Below, one piece after another: positions 16,066 to 29,700 of a stretch of DNA of 64,000 nt (its first letter is position 1; each line of letters opens with the position of its first letter). The position numbers and the translations under genes were made by a program. Origin of the DNA: Blastocystis sp. Blastoise (lineage: Eukaryota > Protista > Bigyra: Opalinata); the NCBI GenBank assembly GCA_039096225.1, contig JBBPEB010000003.1, positions 744,001 through 808,000 of the forward strand, given 5' to 3'. Below the pieces are notes generated by a model, which saw nothing but the letters and a program-made list of their open reading frames with translations, was not told the origin of the DNA and searched no databases.

Positions 16066-16455
16066 AAAAGATAATTGTAAATTTCAGTTTGGTTTCCCCA
16101 GTGGTGGAGCAGTGTCATTTTTGGTCAGAGTTTCAGTGGTTTTTTTATCAACAGAGCAGTGAATAAGTATGACACACCTTAAAATAGATAATTGGCCAAT
16201 AGAAATGCTTATTTTCATCCTTTATTCTATATTTATTGGTCTTTATATTATTTTTGTGGTGTAATAATCAACGATACAACAAAACAAGCAAATTAAATAA
16301 CATCAAATTATAATTAAAAACATATAATAAAAACAAGAATAATAAATATATAAAAAACAATATAATAAATATTTAAAAAAAGATAATAAAACATATAATT
16401 AACAATATAATTTAGTATATATAATATTTAATAATATTTAAGCAGCAGGACAGTT

Positions 16456-17097
16456 TCAGTCTTTAATTGGAAACCCAAACCAAGCCAACCTATATAAAGA
16501 GATGATATTAATTAACTAGTACTATTAGTAATATATATAACATTTTAAAATAATAATAAAATAAAAATATATACCTTTTATTGAAGCCATTACTAGAAAA
16601 AGCAAGGACCAAAGGCAAGGAACCATCCTATAAAAGATATATTAAATAGTATAAGTAATAAAAAGGAATATAATTAATATATATACATACCTTTGATAAG
16701 CCATTCTCTCCAATTAACAACAACGACAGCAACGGAACCCCCGGAAACCTATATAAAGATAGAGTAAGTTATATAATATAATAATATATAATAAAGTAAA
16801 TTAATATAGAATAATAAAATATAAATATATACATTACTGCTATATAAATATAAAGTGGGGTTAGTTATATAATATGTAATAGATAATATAGATGATATAT
16901 ACCTTCTTTTAACATTGATTCCTTCCATTCTAGACCTAAAGAACCCATCTATAAGAGAGCCACGACCACACACAAGAAGGACCAGAACGTTTAAGGAGAC
17001 CAGCAAGTGTCAAAACACCAAGCAGAGACAGCTACTATAGAAAATGAATGAATAGAGTAGAAAAAATAAAATATAAAGAAACAGCAAACACCTACCA
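16456..17097 (-). other. Small spliced transcription unit (4-5 GC-richer exons) inside the CACTA element; coding status unclear
   Basis: GC-richer blocks at about 16903-17034, 16691-16748, 16575-16627 and 16441-16489 are bounded by TAG/GTAT splice signals on the minus strand. One frame runs through to TGA 16456-16458, but no clean ATG start joins it. Confidence 0.35.
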
Positions 17098-18940
17098 TCA
17101 TAATAGTATCATATATAATAAAATAAAAATAAAATTTAATAATATATCATATTAATCATATAAGATATAATAAAATAAATATGTGATAAGTCATGTAGCA
17201 TTTTGTTTTGTTATAAAAGGGTGTAATAGGAATTTAGAAGATATAGCTGAAATAATGAAAATAAACATGAATAATTTCATATCTACTAAATATAGAGAAT
17301 CTTCATCATAAATAAAATGAATGGTTAAGAATAAAAGAGAAAGAGAAATTTTATTTCTATGAGGAAAATGGATATTGTTATTGTTATTTTTAATTTATCA
17401 TAATTATTATTAATACTATAAAAAATGTTTTATTTTAAAGAATTATATAGTTATTTATCATTATATCATTTTATAATTAGTTTAGACGACAGAAGAGTCA
17501 TTTTTATCCTTAATTGTCAAAATTATTTTTAGTATCACTCAGTAAGTATAAGTCTTTTAAAAAATAAATATAGGTTACAATACAGACTTATAGAGAAGAC
17601 TCTGAAACTTCTATTTCCAGAATAAAAGTCATTTATATAATCCAGAATGATTGCCTGAATCATTAATTAAAGAATCAGTTTAAATCACATATCTTCAATA
17701 AAATTATAAAATAAAGAAAATGAAGATAAAAAAGGTCTAGAGTCAAAAATGTTATAAATTATTATTTTTTAATGTATTTGTCCAGATTTTTTATTAATTT
17801 ATTATCACAATATGACAAAGAGAGTGGAAAAAATATTTTTAAAGTGAATTAAAGCAATAATTGAAATCAAGTTAAAGTCTTCTAATACCTTTAAATAGAC
17901 TTGAAATACATAAGGTAAGCGTTTTTTCATGCAAATAATGTTTTTCATTTAAATAATATCAAAAACAAATCAAAATAGTATTTTATAATTACTCAAGAAC
18001 AACTTTTTCTAGTATTCAAGGACTTACTATTATCAAATATTCGTATAAACAAACAAAAATCATATTTTATATATTTTTAGTTGAATAGTCGGAGTCGTGT
18101 TGATAGTTTATTATAAAACAAATGCAAAAATCACTTTTTTGTCAAAAAAAGTCTTATATCGATATATAGTTTTATTCATAATTTATTTATTGTCTATAAA
18201 CTCTGTGTATTCATTTTAAGTGATTTTTAGTAAAACTAAAATTATTTGAAATACATATTCTAATTTCGAAAATGACAAAAACATATTATATTACATATTT
18301 AGTGTTTAAATGAAGTTTAAAAGTTATTAAAATATCAATTAGTTAACAAATATAAAATATTGAGAATCTCCATTTTTATGACTTGTCTTAAATCACGTTA
18401 AAGGTGTATAATTGAATAGTTGCATTGATTATTTGTATGATTCTAGTAATATTTTCTAAGAATTTTGTTTTTTAACAAGAATAAATTCTTAATTTATTGT
18501 TTATCAACTTAAAAATGTATTTAAATGATTATTTTCTTGTGTAAAAGGGTATAGTGGTTATATGAAAAAAAATTACGCAGAATCATTTGATAATCTAATT
18601 TTGAAAATGAGAATTATTATTTTGAACTAAACTAATTTTTCACATATACTCATTATAAAACGACTTGAATAATCTTTTGAGAAGATTATTTTGTTTTATA
18701 ATACACTTAAGAAGTAATTGACTGTTATTGTGTCTCTTTTTGTTAAAAAGATTATTTTGAATGCTATTTTTGATTGATCTATATATTATCAATGCATTCA
18801 ATAATGAAATAAATACGTATGTAAAGAAAAAATAGTAATTGATCTAATTTATCTTCATCTATTTGAATAGATAATTTTTGAAAAAATTAATATAATATAT
18901 TTATTGATACCTATATATAAAGAATTAGTTATGTAATTGA

Positions 18941-19008
18941 CCTTAAGACAGGAATTGAACCTGTTTTCTATCATAAACTGATAGATACTTACCAATATAA
19001 GCTTAAGG
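18941..19008 (-). pseudogene. tRNA-like sequence / degenerate tRNA
   Basis: Minus strand has acceptor CCTTAAG/CTTAAGG, T-arm ACAGG-TTCAATT-CCTGT, D-like CTTA-TATTGG-TAAG and stem CTATC/GATAG. The anticodon loop and linker spacing are non-canonical. Confidence 0.5.
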
Positions 19009-19049
19009 ATAATATAGAATAAAAAAACATAAATGAAAGTAAAATAGTA

Positions 19050-22000
19050 GGAATAATGAGGTCAGTATGATGTGTAAAGATATATATATGTATAAATGAA
19101 AAAGGATGCTAGAAATAGGGAAAAAAGTAATAAAGAATAAAAAGAGAAAGAAATATCAAGTGAATGAGATAGGGTCTTTAATTATTGAGATTAATAAAAA
19201 AAATGAAAAATAATTTATAAAAAATGACAAAGATAGATATATAGAGATCTATAATAATAAGGAATGCAGAAGAGAAGAGGATTAGAGGATAAAGAATAAG
19301 AAGATAAGGAAGATAAGGAAGAAGATAAGGAAGATAAGGAAGAATAAGAAGAAGATAAGGAAGAAGAAGAAGAATAGGAAGAATAATAATAATAAGAAGA
19401 AGATAAGGAAGAATAAGAAGATAAGATGTATATGAAGAAAACAAGAGATAGCACATTAATAAATAGAAAATTCAGAACAAAAATAATAATGAATAGGAAG
19501 AAGATAATGAAATAAAGATGAAGATGATGATGAAGAAGAAGGAAATGAATAATGACAAGAAGAAGATGATGAAGAAGAAGGAAATGAATAATGACAAGAA
19601 GAAGATGATGAAGAAGAAGGAAATGAATAATGACAAGAAGAAGATGATGAAGAAGAAGAAGGAAATGAATAATGACAACAAGAAGATGAAGAATAAATAG
19701 AATAATGATAAGAAAGAATAAATAGATTAATAAGAGAACAAGAGGATGAATGTGAAGAAGAGACAAGGAAGGAGGTGAAAAAAAGAAAGAAAAGCAAGAT
19801 AAAGAATAGGAAGAAGATATACAAGAAAATGAAGAAGAAGAGAAAGAAAAGAAAAGAAGAATGAACAAAAAACATATATAGAGAACAGAAAGATATAAAG
19901 AAATAAAAGAGATAGATATATAGATAGATGGATATATAGATGGATGCATAAATAGACAGATAAAATGAGAAAGAAATAGAGAATAAGAGATACAAAGATA
20001 TAAATAAATAGATAGATATAGAAAAGAGAAAGAAGAAAAGAGAGAAATAAAAAAAGAAATCAGATAGAAAGAGATAGAATGAGAGATAGAACGATAGATA
20101 AAGAGAGATATACAAAGTAATGAAATAGAGAACCAGAGAAAATAGATACAAGAATAAAGATAAAAATCGAAGAAAGAGTGTGAAAGTAAAATAACATAAA
20201 GAGAGATAGAGAGAAAGAGATGAATTGAAGAAATAGCGAGAAGGATGAAGGAAAAATATATAATAGGAAGAGGAAGAAGGGAGAGGAAGAAAAAGAAAAA
20301 GAGACGAAGATGGGATATGAAGACAAAGATGGGAGAGAAAAAGATCAGGAAGCGAGGAAACAAAAAGATAAAAATATATAAAGAGGGAAAAAGTTCAGAA
20401 AAATAGAAAAAGATAGAGAGGGATAGGGAAAACTAATAATATAGAATGATAAAGAGAGAATGAGAGATAAAGAAAGATAAAGAAGAAAAAAGAGTTATAA
20501 AATAATAAAGAAAGAAAAAAAAAGAACGATAGTATATGAGAGAAGAAAGAGACACAAAGAAAAAGATAAATAAGAGAGAAACATAGAAAGAGATAGAATA
20601 TATAGAAGATGAGAAAGGATTGAGATAGAAAGATACATTGAGATAGAAGAAGACAGAAGGATATAGAGAAGGAGATACATAGTGATAAAAAGGAAAACAT
20701 GAATAGAGAGTAGATAGAAGAAAATAGAGAAGGAGAAGTAGATAAAAGAAGATAGAAAGAAGAGAGAAGTAGATTAAAATAAAAACAAATAGCAAGAAAT
20801 AAAAGAAGATAGGGAAGAATATAGAATGATCTGAAGAATGAGATGTAGATAGAAGTGAATAGAAGGAAATAGAGAAGGAGAAGTAGATAGAGAAGAATAA
20901 AATGAAAGTAGAAGTAGAAGGAGAATTAGAGAGAAATAGGAAAAATACGTAGGACACGAGAGAGAGAGAGAGATAAAATGATATAAAATAATAGAGAGGG
21001 AGAGAAAGCGGATTGAGATATAGTAAGGGAGAAACATGTAGACAGAGATAGAGAAGTAGATAGAGGGAGATAAAGAAGATAGAAGAGACATACAAGGAGA
21101 GATAGTAGATTAAGCTAGAATGGATATAATAAGATAGAGAAGAAAAAGAAAGAGATATAAGCAGATAAGAGAAAATTGAAGGAAATAGAGAATGAGATAC
21201 AGACACATAAATGAGATAGAATGAGATATATAGAGATAGATAAATATGAAGAAAAAAATAGGAATACATAGAGATAGAAGGATATTGAAAGAGAGAGAAA
21301 AGGAGAGAAAGAAGATTGAGACAGAAGGAGTAGCAGAGATAAAAGGAAATAGAGAAGGAAATAGAAGGAGAATGAGAAAAGAAGGAGAAGGAGATATGTA
21401 AGATTTGGATAAAATGAGAAAGAGAAGAAGAATAGATAAGAAGAATATGATAGAAGGAGATAGAAAAAGAGATGAATAGGGATAGAAAGAGACAAATAAG
21501 GGAGACATTGTTAGAAGGATATAGAAGAAGATAGAAAACGAGAAAGAAGGAGAGATTGAAAGATATAAAGGAGATTAAGAAAGAAGTGAGCAAGAAGAAG
21601 ATAGAGATAGATAGAAAGAAATAAAAGGAGATAAATAAAAGATAAAATGGAGATAAATAGGAGATTAAGATAGAAGAAAAGAGAGAAGGAGATAAAAGTG
21701 ATAAAAAGGAAAACATGGATAGAGAGGAGATAGAAGAAAACAGAGAAGGAGAAGTAGATAAAAGAAAATAGAAAGAAGAGAGAAGTAGATTAAAATAGAA
21801 TAAAATGTAGATAGAAGGAACAGAGAAGTAGATTAAAATACAGTAGATAGGAAAAGATAAAAGGAAGATAAGGAAGGATATAGAATGATCTGAAGAATGA
21901 GACAGAGAATGAAGAGAAGGAACAGAGAAGTAGATTAAAATAGAAGGAGATGTGGATAGAAGGAGATAAAAGAAAATAGAGAAGGAGAAGTAGATAGAAG

Positions 22001-24060
22001 TAGATAGAAAGAAGAGAGAAGTAGATTAAAATAAAATAAAATGTAGATAGAAGGAGATAGATACATATAAAAAAAGATAGAGAATGAAATATGAAAAACA
22101 AAGTAGAGAGGAATAGAGAGAAAAAATAAAAAATAAATAGAACAAGAGAGAGAGACAAAAAATACGGAATGAGAGTAAGAAGGAAAGAAAGAGGATTGAG
22201 ATATAATAAGATAGAACGATGCAGAAGGACATAGAGAAGTATAGAAGTAGGTAGATAAGATAAAGGCAAAATAAAATGAGAAAGAGATGTAAATAGAACA
22301 ATCCAGAATGAGAGAAAGAAGACGAGAAAGTAGATTAAAATAGAAGGAATATAATGATATGAAGAAGAAAATAGAAACGTAGATAGAATTAGATAGAATG
22401 AGATAAAATGAGTTAGATGGGTATAGAAGGAGAGAGAAATGAAACAAATAAAAAGATAAAGAACGAGATAAAGTGAAGAAAAAGATATAGATACATAAAA
22501 GGAGATATAACGAAATAAAAAGGAAATAAAAAGGAAATAAAAAGGAAATAAAAAGGAAATAAAAAAAATAAATAGAAAATAAAATAAAAGACAAATAAAA
22601 AATAGAGAAGATAAAAATAGAAGGATAAAATAGAAATAGAGACAGGGAAGACTAAAAAGAAGGAGCTTAGAAGGAGATAAATGAAGATATAGAAGGAAAA
22701 GTATATAGAAGGAGGAGAAAATAAAGATAGGAAGAAACAGGAAAGGAGATAAGGAAGAAGTAGAGAAGATAAAGATAAATACAGATAGAGAGAGGTAGAA
22801 GAAGATAGAAAGAGATAAAGTAATAATAGAGAAGGAAAATGAGATACAAAATGAGATAGAAATGATTAATATAGAAGGAGATGAGAATGGCATAAATAAC
22901 TGAAATAAGTAGGTATAAGTAGATAGAGAAGGATAAAGATAGAAATAGAAATAGAGAAATAAATATAAAAAAAAATTGAAATACAAGGTGAACGAGAGAG
23001 AGAAGGAGACAAAAAGAGAGAATGAAGATATATAATGAGATGAAGAAGGAGATTGAAAGAGAAGATAAATATAGACAGTGAAAGAGAGAAATAAAAAGAA
23101 TAACTAATCATAGACATAGAGAGAAATAGAGAGAAATAGAACATACAGAGGGAGGAAAGAAAAACGGGAGAAGAATATGTGGAAAGAGATAGAGAAGATG
23201 ATAGAAGAAAATATGATATAAGAAAGATAAAGATAGATAGGAAGAGATATAGAAAGATATAGAAGGAGAGTGAGATGAAAAAAGAAAGAGATGGGGATCG
23301 AGATAGAAGGAGATATAAATAGTAGACAAGGAAATGGAGAGATATAGGGAGAACTACGACGGAAGAAGAAAGAAGACTGAGACAGAATGAAATAAAGAAG
23401 AATTAGTTAGAAGAATGAGAGAAGGAAATAGACAAGTAGTGGATTTAGAGAAGAAGATAAAAGAAAAATAAAGAAGGAAATAGAAAAGGAAACGAGAAGA
23501 AGATAGAAGAAGATAGAAAGAATGCTAATATATAACGAGGTTAGAAGGAGATAGAAAGATAGAGAGAAGTTAAAATATAGAAAGAAGTGAGAAGTAAGAA
23601 GGAAGAAGAAGAAGAAAAATATTAGGAAGCAAGAGACAGAAGTAAGAAGAAAGTAGGAAGAAGTAAGAAATAAAAAAGAAGAAAGTAAGCAGAAGAAAAA
23701 GAAAGAAGAAGCAAGAAAAGAAGAAAGTAAGAAGTAAGAAGGAAGACAGAAGGAAGAAGAAAGAAGTAAGAAGAAAATAAAACTTTGATTAAGAGAAGAC
23801 GATAATTCTTGAGTAATAAGGGAAACTAGGTAAATTAATAAATAAATTGTAAAGATATTAAGAAGAAACATACCAAAAAATAATTTTTGAATCTGGTAAT
23901 GTTGAGGCATAAAATAGAAAAGAAAGCAGGAATACAAGAAAACAACCTAAAGAAGTAAACAACAATAAATAAATCTATTAAAATAAATAAAAAAAATAAA
24001 ATAAAATGAATTAGAATTCTAATTCAAGAAAAAGAAAAAATAAAGTTAATAATTATAAAA
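19050..24060 (+). repeat. ~5-kb purine-rich (A/G) low-complexity tract with internal duplications
   Basis: C is nearly absent on the + strand. ATAGAAGGA and AGAAGTAGATTAAAATA recur, and a 39-bp minisatellite is present about 4 times at ~19530-19690. Confidence 0.85.
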
Positions 24061-24482
24061 AATAACAAATAACAAGTGATCTATCATATAGTATGACAGC
24101 AATATAAAAAGCTAAAGAGATAAAAGATAATTATTAAAAATATATATATATATACTATGAAAATAATTTGACATCATGGACCTTATTAAGACGGATTGAA
24201 GAAGCCTATGAAAGCCATAAGACGACAAGAAACTATATATGCTAGAGAATGGGAGAATAATAATATGGATAAAGAATAAAAAATAGCAATATACATACAA
24301 GGGAACAGTCTGAAGTTAAAACGAGCTTCTATTTTTAAAAATAAAAGCAAATAAAAATAGAATAAAAATAAAGAAAATATGTAACAAATGAAAAATTTTC
24401 AAAGTCAATAGGCTCAATAGCGTATGGGTGTTTTCAGGTCTTAAAAGAAAAATCATATTTGCGGGAATATCTAGAAATTTAA

Positions 24483-24533
24483 GAGATAATTGACTCAGGA
24501 CACTCAGAATTATCAGACTTGACTCAGGACAGT
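24483..24533 (+). repeat. 51-bp element with two TGACTCAGGACA copies; exact inverted copy at 37380-37430
   Basis: GAGATAATTGACTCAGGACACTCAGAATTATCAGACTTGACTCAGGACAGT. Confidence 0.85.
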
Positions 24534-26760
24534 CTATTTTTGAGTACTATTATTACCGCGATAAACTTGACAAAATGGCAGTGTTTTTATTGTTGTAAAT
24601 TATAGAGAAAATAATTAAGGGGAAAAAATACACAATTCTTTGTTTATATTAATTATTCTATATTTGACGTTGTTGACGAGTGTTATGGAGTCTTATGACG
24701 AGATTTATAATGCAATAGTTGACAGAGTTCAAAATATGAATTTTAATAAGTTTATCAAACAGATTCCAAACATAATTATTGTAAGGACGTTTTATCTAAT
24801 TTATAAACTCTTTAGAAACGATCGAAAGACACCAGAGTAATAAATCCTTTAACGAAAGCATCTTTTATACGAGTCCCGTCCAATTATGTTACTGATTATG
24901 TGTCGTGGGTAGCTCAAAACAATTGTAATGGGTTTTATGACAAAGATGATGACTATATCAATGTTATTTTAACAAATATTGCGTGTTCAAAACATTTTGG
25001 AGTTAATGATGTGTTCCATTCACGACAAGAGATGTATATATTCATTGGCTACTCCTGGAGTGTTAGTGGTCAAATTATTATTATAGACAGAGGGTCAAGT
25101 ACCTCTATTTGATACAGTTGCCCTATTCAAGAATGTAATTGCGTCTATCAATATAATTTTTACGATGATGGTTATCACCTGGAATACTATCATTTTCAAG
25201 ATATAAATGTATTTTATAAAATAGTTATTATTATTATATTTATTATTATAGAAATACTATTATATACTGTTATATATTATTATAGAAATACTATTATATA
25301 TTATTATATATTATTATATATTATTATATATTACTATATATTACTATATATTACTATATATTACTATATATTACTTATATTATTATATATTATTATATAT
25401 ATTATTATATATTATTATATATTATTGTATGTTATTATATATAATTTTATATTATTATATATTATTATATATAATTTTATATTATTATATATAATTTTAT
25501 ATATTTTATATTATTATATATTATTATATATTATTATATATTATTATATATTATTATATATTATTATATATTATTATATATTATTATATATTACTATATA
25601 TTACTATATATTATTATATATTATTATATATTATATATATTATATATATTATTAAATTAATAAATGTAATAACTATTATTATTAACATAATATTTTTATA
25701 GAAATGTTCAAAATATGATGCTGATTATATAGAATTATTTAAACATAATACTATAAGAGAATCATCATATGACTACTATAAAGATATGATATCAGATTCA
25801 ATCAATAATCAAACAAATGATACTAATGATAGTATAAATTCTAATTATACTTCTATTACAATAACTCAAGAAGAATGTAAAACTTCTCAAAATCTGAAAA
25901 AAACATTCATGAAACAAATGAATAATCAAAGTTTTACTAAAATAAATACTTTTGAAAAAGAAGAGGAAGTATATATAGAACAAGATATAGATGATAATTT
26001 AGCAAAATATGAAGAAGAATTAATTAATAAAAGCCATGTGTTTACTTCTTCAGATGATATTACTTGTTGAAAATACATAGATAATCTTCTACAGACTCTA
26101 AATAATAGAGATAATAATAATATAGCTTGTATTAATTATATTCAACATTAAGATTATATAGATGAAGAGAAAAACGATATTAGTGAAGAGATATATGGCA
26201 AATGATATGATTCAAGCTTTATTAATAAATACAGAAATTGTATATACTGTCGACATAAAAAAATGTTAATCATTATTGGATCAATCTACTTATACAATTA
26301 ATATAGTCTTTATAAAAACAGAATATAAACTAATGCTCTCTGATCCATTAAATGATATATTTGTTCTGAATTATTAAAGAGTCATTCAGAATTTAAGACC
26401 ATATCTATAGGTTAAGCTAAGAAGAGGATAAGAGAGAGATTTCCTAGAATTAACTACAACTATATTCATTATACTGTTACTAATATTATACTTAATGAAA
26501 ATTTATATAGTTATAATGTTTTAATAATAGAAGTAATTAATACAATGAATATAAATAATTAAGTATTCTTCACATTATTTGGTAAATAGAAAATCAATAA
26601 TGAAATAGCTTTGAATAGTCACAGTATACCTAAGGATCTTCGTTTGTTATCATAGTATACCATGATAGTAGGTAACATAAGTCTATTAACTCTATCTCCA
26701 TCAGTAATCCTTCTTAGTGGTACTTTCATGGGTCTCAGTAGTGTAGCTCTTGTCATTACA

Positions 26761-27440
26761 GGTATATATATGATATATAATATATATATATATATGTAAA
26801 AGGATATAAGGATATATATAAAGATGTAGATGAGTTATATATTGATGTATATGATTTTTTAATGTATTTGTGACATAATGTTATATATATAATATATATA
26901 TTCTATATTAGTACTATATATAGTATATATAGTATATATTCTATATTATAATACTTATATAGAATATATATATTATATAGAGTATATATAGTACTTATAT
27001 GGAACATATATATATGATATATAGTATATATAGTATAGATATAACCTATATACATAAAGATATATATAACTAGTATATAGAATGGTTTTACATAAAAAAA
27101 TAATATCTCTTCGTAGTTATAATAATTTAGCATCTTTATAATACAAGTTATATATATCTTTATGTATATTGGTTATATATATACTATATATTCTATATAA
27201 TATATATATGCTATATAAGTACTATTTATATATTCTATATAACATATATATTCTATATAAGTACTATATATACTATATATAGAATATATATATTATATAT
27301 ATAACATTATATCACAGATGAATCTAAAGACCATATACAGGTATATATAACTCATCTACATCTTTATATATATTCGTATATCATTTTACATATATATATA
27401 ATATATATAATAAAATATATATTATATATATATATATACC
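26761..27440. repeat. Imperfect fold-back (MITE-like) inverted repeat
   Basis: 26780-26907 (...ATATAAAGATGTAGATGAGTTATATA...) is reverse-complementary to ~27278-27410 (...TATATAACTCATCTACATCTTTATAT...). Ends are GGTATATATA/TATATATACC. I found no TSD. Confidence 0.6.
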
Positions 27441-29700
27441 ATTTATATACCATTTATATATCATCTATATATCATCTATTCCTTCTATGTATTATCTATT
27501 CCTTCTATATATTATCTTTATACCATCTATTCCTTCTATATATATCACATATATAATATCTATATATATCATCTATATATTATCTATATATATACCATTT
27601 ATATCTAGATATTACTATATATTACTATATATCATCTATATATGACCTATTCTTTCTATGTATTATCTATATACCTTCGATTCATCCTATATACATCATA
27701 TACATAATTTCTATATATTATATATATGTTATCTATATATATTTTATATATAATCTATATATCATTTATATATCATATATTCATTCTATGTATTATCTAT
27801 TCATTCTATATATTATCTATATACAATCTATTCATTCTATGTATTATCTATTTCTTCTATATATTATCTTTATACCATCTATTCCTTCTATATATATCAC
27901 ATATATAATATCTATATATATCATCTTTATATCATCTATATTTTATCTATATATCATTTATATATCATTTATATATCATTTATATATTATCTATATATCA
28001 TGTATTCATTCTATTTACAATCTATTCCTTCTATATATCATCTATATATCATCTATATATCGTATATATATTATCTATTACTTGTATCTATATCTATATA
28101 TCATTTATATAATATTATATATTATATATATATATATCATTTATGTATATCTATATACTATATATATCATCTATTTTTTCTATCTATTATCTATATATCA
28201 TCTATTCCTTCTATTAATTATCGATATTTCAATATATCCATATACATCTATATACCATTTATATATTATCTATATATTATTTATTAATTTTATAGATAAT
28301 ATATTTTCTTTATTATATTATCTATTCCGATATATTATGTATATATTACTATATATCATATATATACCATACATATGTTATCTATATACTATATATATTA
28401 TCTATATACCGTCTATTCCTTCATTTATCTATTCATTCCATATATAATCTGTTCCATCTATATTAAATCCATATAATATCTATATATCATCTATTTCTTC
28501 CATAAGTAATCTATATATCATTTATATATTATCTATATTATCTATATATTTATAATCTTTTCCTTCTATTTATCATCTATATAATATATATCATCTATCT
28601 CATCTATATATACTATCTATTTCATCTATATATACTACTATTTCATCTATATATTATTATCTATATACCATCTATATTATCTATATTATCTAGATTATCT
28701 AGATTATATACTATCTATATTATCTATAATATCTATATTATCTATATTATCTATATTATCTATATTATCTATATTATCTATATTATCTAGATTATCTATA
28801 TTATCTATATATACTACATATTCCTTCTATATATCACTATATATACTATATATACTACATATTCCTTCTATATATACTATATATACTATATATTCCTTCT
28901 ATATATTATCTATATATTCCTTCTATATATACTATATATACTATATATTCCTTCTATATATTATCTATATATACTATATATTCCTTCTATATATTATCTA
29001 TATATACTATATATTCCTTCTATATATTATCTATATATACTATAAATATACTATATATACTATATATTATCTATAATTACTATCTATTCTTTCTATATAT
29101 ATTTTTATATCATCTATATAGTATTTATATCATCTATATATTATATTATATTATCAATATAATCTTATATCATTTATATAACTATATATTCATTATATAT
29201 ATTATATATATATCATCTATATCATACATATATTGTTTATATCATCTTATATTATTTATATATACTATATATTCCTTCTATATTTTATCTTTTTACATAT
29301 ATCATATAACATATATCTATTCCTTCTATATATTATCTATATTATCTATAATATCTATATTATCTATATTATCTATAATATCTATAATATCTATAATATC
29401 TATAATATCTATATTATCTATATTATCTATATTATCTATAATATCTATATTATCTATATTATCTATATTATCTATATTATCTATATTATATATATTATCT
29501 ATATTATATATATTATATATATTATCTATATTATCTATATATTATCTATATTATCTATATTATCTATATTATCTATATCATCTATATTATCTATATATAA
29601 TCTATTCCTTCTATTTATCATCGATATACTATATATATCATCTATATCATTTATACCATATATGATATATATATATAAATATAATAAACATATTATATAT
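27441..29700 (+). repeat. G-depleted low-complexity tract (TATTATCTA / CTATTCCTTCTATA units)
   Basis: 9-bp TATTATCTA arrays at ~28720-28810 and ~29330-29590, plus many CTATTCCTTCTAT copies. Confidence 0.8.

Noticed and set aside
19178-23937. Long hydrophobic Phe/Leu/Ser ORFs on the minus strand (up to 427 aa) resembling membrane proteins
   Set aside because: They are a by-product of the pyrimidine-rich strand lacking stop codons. They overlap in all three frames and have no motifs.
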